NCBI RefSeq assembly: GCF_023055435.1
Contig: NW_025963779.1
Span: forward strand, 21,266,001-21,330,000
DNA: 64,000 nucleotides
Direction of reading: 5' to 3'
Origin: Haliotis rufescens
Taxonomy: Eukaryota
Positions 63,811-64,000 of this stretch are shown here, piece after piece. The notes under the pieces were generated by a model. That model was given only the letters and a program-made list of their open reading frames with translations. It did no database searches and had not been told where the DNA came from. Numbering within the stretch: the first letter of the stretch is position 1; every line of letters begins with the position of its first letter. Made by a program: the position numbers and the translations under genes.

Positions 63811-64000
63811 TCACGGGTCTACAGTTTGTTACATGTATTGAATGTGTTGTAAGATCTTTGATGTGTGGGCATGAAAGGTTAGACACAAATTCAAAAGATT
63901 TGGACATGCATTTTGTGCATGTAGATAAAACTATTACATTGCACTGCTAAATTAAGCCCTGTTAAGCCCTCCACTACACAAAGTGAGAATTTAAATCCTT

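Overview
Repeat-rich animal genomic DNA with spliceosomal introns, tRNA-derived SINEs and one 142-N gap. The SINE types suggest a mollusc, probably a gastropod such as abalone (inference only). Protein-coding content: (i) six consecutive exons of a kinesin-3 KIF13A/B gene split between strands. Two lie on + at 2967-3454, the first with a stop and a frameshift; the next four lie on - at 14436-11110. The intervening intronic 57-bp minisatellite is broken and flipped between them. (ii) An isolated last exon of an activator E2F (E2F1/2/3 type) at 15478-15668. (iii) Two paralogous intronless ~140-148 aa orphan ORFs with TATA/CRE-like promoters, at about 26.1-27.1 kb and 35.8-36.6 kb. They bracket (iv) a decayed Ngaro-type tyrosine-recombinase retrotransposon carrying a 10 x 107-bp array inside its recombinase gene and two nested insertions. 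(v) A single-exon class I methyltransferase-fold gene with a degenerate SAM-binding motif (45130-46122). (vi) The last two coding exons of RPLP0 on -. The rest is large minisatellites (units of 19-60 bp), four SINE families, AcademH-like derivatives and palindromic MITEs. No CRISPR array, rRNA or intact tRNA gene is supported. I cannot show a new biological system from sequence alone. The best leads are the 1-16 kb gene-fragment mosaic/inversion, the recombinase-internal array, the orphan gene pair and the pseudo-methyltransferase. Family calls come from recalled motifs, not database searches, and repeat boundaries are approximate.
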